A DNA stretch of 64,000 nucleotides from Schizosaccharomyces osmophilus (lineage: Eukaryota). The DNA is taken from the NCBI RefSeq assembly GCF_027921745.1, contig NC_079239.1, positions 248,001-312,000 of the forward strand, read 5' to 3'. Positions 58,740 through 64,000 of this stretch are shown here, in pieces. The position numbers were made by a program, and so were the translations under genes. The first letter of the stretch is position 1; each line of letters starts with the position of its first letter. The notes beneath the pieces are model-generated. The model had not been told where the DNA came from and ran no database searches. It saw only the letters and a list, made by a program, of their open reading frames with translations.

Positions 58740-61700
58740 ATGGAGAATGATTTAGACATGCCTGGAGAAGGGGAAAGAATTGCTTCCTTGAACATGGATG
58801 GATTTTTTCGTGAAAGATCCATGGATCAAAATACGGACGAAAAAAACAACAAACTTCACGAATATGATCAAACAAGACCATCAACTGATACACCAGAGAT
58901 ACAGAAAGTAAAAGAAACTAGTAAGAAAAAACTGTTTGCTCCGGAAACCATTTACAACCTTCAGACAAATTTCGATGAAGAAGGAGCACAAAAAGGAATT
59001 TTCCATGATGAACGCCATGATAGAAGTTTTGCTCTACACAAAGTAGTAGTGCCGCCTGACTACAAGTACAGCTCCATTGAGGAGCATGTTCCCAACGACC
59101 CGCCCGCAAAATCATATTCTTTTCAGCTTGATCCATTTCAAGCTACTGCGGTAGCTTGTATTGAAAGATCTGAATCAGTCCTAGTGAGCGCTCATACTTC
59201 TGCAGGTAAAACAGTAATTGCAGAATACGCTATTGCCCAATCCCTTAAAAATAAGCAGCGGGTTGTTTACACCAGTCCCATTAAATCTTTGAGCAATCAA
59301 AAATATCGCGAGTTACTTTCTGAATTTGGCGATGTTGGTCTTTTAACCGGCGACGTATCCATCAATCCAACAGCAAGCTGTTTAGTAATGACGACTGAAA
59401 TTTTGCGATCCATGTTATATAAAAATTCCGAGCTTATGCATGAAGTAGCCTGGGTTATATTCGATGAAATCCACTACATGCAAGATAAAGATCGAGGAGT
59501 AGTTTGGGAAGAAACCCTCATTCTTCTACCAGATGCGGTTCGCTACGTCTTTCTCTCTGCGACACTTCCTAATGCTATGCAGTTTGCTCGTTGGATTGCT
59601 GATACGCATTACCAGCCTTGTCATGTCGTATATACTGATTATCGACCAACACCGTTGCAGCATTTTATATATCCTCATGGCGCTGATGGAATATACATGA
59701 TTGTCGATGAAAAGAATCGCTTTAAAGATGAAAGCTTTTCAAAAGTAGTAGAAGTGCTCCAAAGCAATGTTGAATCGCGCGAAAACCATCAATCCAGGAA
59801 AAAGGGCAAGCGAACCACATCACTGCAACGCATAATTAGTATGGTTATAACTAATCAATATGATCCTTTAATTGTGTTTTGCTTTAGCAAAAAAGAATGT
59901 GAAGCTAATGTCTTCCAGTTGAACAAGGTTGATCTTAATGATGACGAAAAAAAGGATCTAATCAATGAAATTATCGATTCTGCTCTACTTCAATTAACTG
60001 AAGAGGATCGGAAAATTCCGCAATTTGATCATATGAGATCCTTCCTTTTGCGAGGAATTGGCTTTCACCATTCTGGACTGCTACCGATTATGAAAGAACT
60101 AGTGGAAATCCTTTTTCAGGAGGGACTAGTTAGAATTCTGTTTGCTACTGAGACGTTTGCCATAGGTTTGAACATGCCAGCAAGGACGGTCTTGTTTACA
60201 AACGCTCAAAAGTTCTCTGGTACTAACTTTCGTTGGCTAACGTCTGGAGAGTATATGCAAATGAGTGGTAGAGCTGGTAGACGAGGTATTGACTCAAAAG
60301 GCTTATCCATTGTGATGGTCGATCAGTCTATCGATGAGCAAACTGCTCGTGCATTAATGAACGGTCAGCCGGCATCTCTTTATTCCGCCTTTCATTTAAG
60401 CTATAATATGATTTTAAGCCTTATGCGAATTGAAGGGATAAGTCCAGAGGACCTTTTACGAAGAAGTTTTTACCAATTTCAGAAAATGGAATCAATTCCT
60501 TTACTTATCCACGAATTAGACGAATACAAGATGAAAGAGAAATCTATTGAAATAAAAGACGAACAATCCTTGAAAAGATTCCATGAATTGAAATTGCAAC
60601 TGGAGCGCTACGGAAAAGATATAAAACATACTATTATGGAACCAGAAAATTGTCTACCATACTTACAACCTGGAAGGTTGGCGCAGGTAAAAATTCACGA
60701 AACATTATTCCCTTGGGGGATTATTGTAAATTCCACTAAGCGAACAATTTCTTCATCTCAAAAAGTGAATTCTCAGGATATGTACGTTGTTGACATATTA
60801 CTACCATTATCATCGAGATCAACTTCTAATAGCAATTTACGATCTGCTCAATTATCCGCACCTTTGCCAAGTGAAAAGCCTGTTTATGAAGTCATTGCGG
60901 TTTTCTTGTCCTCGATTGAAAATTTTTCTTGTCTCAGAGTTCTGCTTCCGAGGGATTTGAGTTCCCATGAAAGCAGAAGAAGTACTTATCAAAACGTTCT
61001 TGAAGTTCAGAAAAAGCTGAACGACGATATGCCCTTGCTGGATCCTATTGAACACATGAACATAAAAGAAGCTACATTGAAACTACATATGAGAAAAGTT
61101 GAAATATTGGAACCCAAGTTTCTGAAAAGCCCCTACTATAGGGACCCATCGTTTCGATCCGAGTATCATAAATATACGGATAAATTGGAGTTAAAGAATT
61201 CTATTAAAGATTTGAGTACGAAGATTGGTTCTACCGAGTCGATAATCCATTTAAAAGAATTGAAAAGTCGGCAGCGAACGCTTCGACGCCTTGGGTTTAC
61301 TACTGCAGACAACGTGATTGATATTAAGGGCAGAGTAGCTTGTGAAATAAGTACGGGTGACGAACTTTTAATAACCGAAATGATATTTCAAGGCATTTTC
61401 AATTCTCTGTCTCCGGATATTTTTGCTGCTACTTTAAGTTGTTTTGTATATCAGGAGAAATCAGATGTCTCATCACTTAATCTTAAAGAACCATATTCTG
61501 CAACGTACAAAGCTATACTCAACATTGCAAGACGAATTATAACGGTATCGGTGGAAAGTAGATTGAATGTGGACGAAGACGAATATGTTCATCAGTTTAA
61601 GCCGGACATGATGGAAGCCGTCTCTAAATGGATAAACGGAGGCACCTTCTTGGAAATATGTGAAATGACAAAATTATATGAAGGAAGTATTGTTCGAACG

Positions 61701-61841
61701 TTCAGACGATTATCGGAGCTTTTAAAACAATTTCGAAACGCTGCAGTTGTTTTAGGCAATTATGAACTACAAGAAAAATCTGTCATCACAGAACAATTGC
61801 TCTATCGCGATATAATTTCTTCTTCTTCATTGTATTTTTAA
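58740..61841 (+). CDS. mtl1: Mtr4-like Ski2-family RNA helicase (MTREC/NURS subunit)
   Basis: LDPFQ, AHTSAGKT, SPIKSLSNQKYR, DEIH, LSAT, HHSGLLP, QMSGRAGRRG, arch domain, YEGSIVR; 1033 aa; synteny favours mtl1 over mtr4. Confidence 0.9.
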   Translation: MENDLDMPGEGERIASLNMDGFFRERSMDQNTDEKNNKLHEYDQTRPSTDTPEIQKVKETSKKKLFAPETIYNLQTNFDEEGAQKGIFHDERHDRSFALHKVVVPPDYKYSSIEEHVPNDPPAKSYSFQLDPFQATAVACIERSESVLVSAHTSAGKTVIAEYAIAQSLKNKQRVVYTSPIKSLSNQKYRELLSEFGDVGLLTGDVSINPTASCLVMTTEILRSMLYKNSELMHEVAWVIFDEIHYMQDKDRGVVWEETLILLPDAVRYVFLSATLPNAMQFARWIADTHYQPCHVVYTDYRPTPLQHFIYPHGADGIYMIVDEKNRFKDESFSKVVEVLQSNVESRENHQSRKKGKRTTSLQRIISMVITNQYDPLIVFCFSKKECEANVFQLNKVDLNDDEKKDLINEIIDSALLQLTEEDRKIPQFDHMRSFLLRGIGFHHSGLLPIMKELVEILFQEGLVRILFATETFAIGLNMPARTVLFTNAQKFSGTNFRWLTSGEYMQMSGRAGRRGIDSKGLSIVMVDQSIDEQTARALMNGQPASLYSAFHLSYNMILSLMRIEGISPEDLLRRSFYQFQKMESIPLLIHELDEYKMKEKSIEIKDEQSLKRFHELKLQLERYGKDIKHTIMEPENCLPYLQPGRLAQVKIHETLFPWGIIVNSTKRTISSSQKVNSQDMYVVDILLPLSSRSTSNSNLRSAQLSAPLPSEKPVYEVIAVFLSSIENFSCLRVLLPRDLSSHESRRSTYQNVLEVQKKLNDDMPLLDPIEHMNIKEATLKLHMRKVEILEPKFLKSPYYRDPSFRSEYHKYTDKLELKNSIKDLSTKIGSTESIIHLKELKSRQRTLRRLGFTTADNVIDIKGRVACEISTGDELLITEMIFQGIFNSLSPDIFAATLSCFVYQEKSDVSSLNLKEPYSATYKAILNIARRIITVSVESRLNVDEDEYVHQFKPDMMEAVSKWINGGTFLEICEMTKLYEGSIVRTFRRLSELLKQFRNAAVVLGNYELQEKSVITEQLLYRDIISSSSLYF

Positions 61842-62005
61842 ATATCTGCTATCTTCTTATACCCATCATTTTTAAATGTTTGAGTATGTTGGTTCTTGAT
61901 TGTGGCATAAAGTAATGAATTTTAACGGGAATTATTCTATGATATCCTAATAAACATGTTTTTTATATACATCTCAAATATCCAATAAGTTTGAATGGCA
62001 ATTAA

Positions 62006-62644
62006 TTATACTTGAAGGTAAGGAATGCATCGATAAAAGTTAATGGTCAATGACTCATGAACAAAAGACCCTCTGACCCATAAAAGTAATTGAGTAGTTC
62101 CCAAAAGACTTGTTCGGCTTTGGTTACAGATTAGATGACCCTTATTATGCTTCAAATCTTCCTGTAAAATAAATGAATGATCCAGACAGAACGGCCAGCT
62201 GCTACCCAAGGCAGGCTTGTTAATACGAAGTTGCTTCACATAAACAAGAGAAGTAGATAAATAAACTGCAATTTTAAACTTTCTAGTTAGCATGCGAAGT
62301 TGCCTTCCTAGAGACATCATAGATGCATGGGCGTAAGAAATGTTTGCTTTTGCCATGAGGAGTCCAAGAGGGTTGGAGAAAGAATCTATAAATAGTGCAT
62401 AAGAAAAATCTCCATTTTTCATAAGATCACTTTCCAATTCATGAATTGCGTCTCGTAAACCTTCAGCGTCGAAGGCTCGAATGATTGCTGTTTTTTCTAA
62501 CGAAGTTAATGGTAAAGCAGTTGGATTGAAGATTCCAAGAGTATCTATCCAAATAATTTTATCAAACCTTCCATGATACTGTCTCAAAATCCAATAAAGC
62601 ACCAGGTTTGCAGAATCACCACTAAATTGAGTGACTTGGTTCAT
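62006..62644 (-). CDS. rdl1: RAD51D-like recombination protein (Shu complex); 3' end may be spliced differently
   Basis: IIWIDTLG.F, RAFD..GL, LFIDSFS (Walker B-like), KPALGSSW; no intact Walker A; synteny. Confidence 0.8.
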   Translation of the reverse strand: MNQVTQFSGDSANLVLYWILRQYHGRFDKIIWIDTLGIFNPTALPLTSLEKTAIIRAFDAEGLRDAIHELESDLMKNGDFSYALFIDSFSNPLGLLMAKANISYAHASMMSLGRQLRMLTRKFKIAVYLSTSLVYVKQLRINKPALGSSWPFCLDHSFILQEDLKHNKGHLICNQSRTSLLGTTQLLLWVRGSFVHESLTINFYRCIPYLQV

Positions 62645-63513
62645 ATTGAACGACAACCTTTTTCACTATTTCAGTAGTTATTTTTCTTGATTTTGAAGGA
62701 CGTATGTATTCTAGACATTGGAGAGTATCCATAGATGTTGCTCTAGCAGAGCCAATTTAAACCTTACTAGAAGGGATTGATTAAACCAGTAATACCAGAT
62801 AGTATTTTATTGAAAGAAAATGAACGCTAACTTCCGCAAGGTATTTAACATAAATTTTCCATCCATCTTTATGAAGTCTTTCAATTGTAAAACTCTCATT
62901 GTGGAGACAACACAACGACTCTGTCGAAACTAAACCTTTATAAAGGCGACATACATTCTTACAATACTCCAGAAGTTCAAAATAGGCTATCATATTTTTA
63001 TATAAGAAAGCATACATATAGAATTAATATATTATCCGTTCTATTACACAAAACCCAATCAATCTTTGTTTCCATAAACCAAAGATCAAACACAAATAAA
63101 AAAAGAAGCAAAACCACAAAGTGCGTTTATGCATGCTATAAGAGTATATATAATATAAAGAGGTATAAACACAGCTTCATGGATACTGAATATGTGAATC
63201 GTAAACCCAAATTCTATGTGGTTGTTTAAGTTTTACCAAGCTTTTTACCTTCCATATCATTACAACAAAGTGATTCCCAATCCTTAAAATAATTAAGACG
63301 GCCACAATTTTGAAGAGATGCAAAAAATTGCACAGAAAGTCCCCCTTTTATTACAGCCAGGTATTAGATTTATAAGATTCCGCTTCTTTTGAAAGCCGCA
63401 GAAGACATCAACGAATATAAAATTTTTGTCCCATTATTAAAAATACATGACACCGATTCTCTGAAAGTAGTAGCGAGGCTGCGATTAATATGGTGTGTAA
63501 CTAAATTGTGAAC

Positions 63514-64000
63514 TTAAACATATGTCCCGAAATCTGCAGGAAAAGAGGAAGGGACCTGTAAGTTAGGATGGTGAGGAGCATTACAACGTAAACAATTACT
63601 TCGACGACGAAAATTAGTGAATCCACATTCACAAAGCCAATCCCCTTGATCGGTAGCAAAAGAAGCTTTAGGGGCATCCTTAAAGCGGTTTTGTTCCTCA
63701 GGACGAACACCATTAGCATTGGGGTATGGGTTATTATTAGCAGCTATAGAACCAAGAGACAGCTGAGAATATGGATATGCAGATGCGTTCATAGGACTAG
63801 TACCAAAGATATTGGAGGAAGCGTTGGCGAAACTACCGTTGGTACTGGCATTGCCATTGGCGTTCGAAGACATCGAGGTGTGATCCGCGACGACAGCGGC
63901 CGTGGCGCGACTAGCACCACAGCGCAAGCAACAAACGTTTTTAGCAAAATTATGATATCCACAACCCTCTGAACCACATTTCCAGTCACCAGCCCTAAAG
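63514..64000 (-). CDS. dri1: RNA-binding protein with RanBP2-type zinc fingers (Nrp1 orthologue), 3' part only
   Basis: FRAGDWKCGSEGCGYHNFAKNVCCLRCG and GDWLCECGFTNFRRRSNCLRCN; the frame is open to the window end. Confidence 0.85.
   Translation of the reverse strand, partial: FRAGDWKCGSEGCGYHNFAKNVCCLRCGASRATAAVVADHTSMSSNANGNASTNGSFANASSNIFGTSPMNASAYPYSQLSLGSIAANNNPYPNANGVRPEEQNRFKDAPKASFATDQGDWLCECGFTNFRRRSNCLRCNAPHHPNLQVPSSFPADFGTYV

Noticed and set aside
61849..61946. Possible extra terminal exon of rdl1 (31 open codons ending 7 bp from the mtl1 stop)
   Set aside because: No consensus donor in the required phase was found, so it is unsupported without cDNA.

Overview
Eukaryotic, intron-containing, gene-dense DNA from a fission yeast. 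It is Schizosaccharomyces but not S. pombe itself, most likely the S. octosporus/cryophilus/osmophilus group; the species cannot be fixed from this window. There are 29 protein-coding genes (2 truncated by the window edges), nearly all recognisable as orthologues of S. pombe genes. They fall in two collinear blocks. Block 1 (1-29339) follows S. pombe chr II cosmids SPBC557/17F3/12C2: ppk29, pim1, DUF2458 gene, rga5, nak1, orphan, ste20, FNR-like reductase, Gfo/Idh/MocA oxidoreductase, bzz1, dbp5, srm1. Block 2 (29874-64000) follows chr I cosmids SPAC9G1/767/17H9: oxa101, aip1, cyk3, orphan, hydrolase, mzt1, sid1, inp53, spn4, cpd1, swc4, vps1, cid16, mtl1, rdl1, dri1. Orthology and synteny rest on my recall of S. 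pombe proteins and gene order, not on a search. I found no tRNA, rRNA, transposon or CRISPR. The best candidate for an undescribed system is a divergent pair of uncharacterised redox genes: a flavodoxin-less FAD/NADPH reductase and an NAD-dependent oxidoreductase. They share a 2.4-kb intergenic region with two inverted copies of TGATCAGATAA (Fep1-type iron-repression motif), a GATC cluster, a step-type HSE and a 26-nt inverted hexamer repeat. A third TGATCAGATAA lies between vps1 and cid16. Other points are a pho4-like acid phosphatase at a non-syntenic site, a synteny breakpoint between srm1 and oxa101, a serine-less alpha/beta-hydrolase, and a 5'-UTR intron in pim1.
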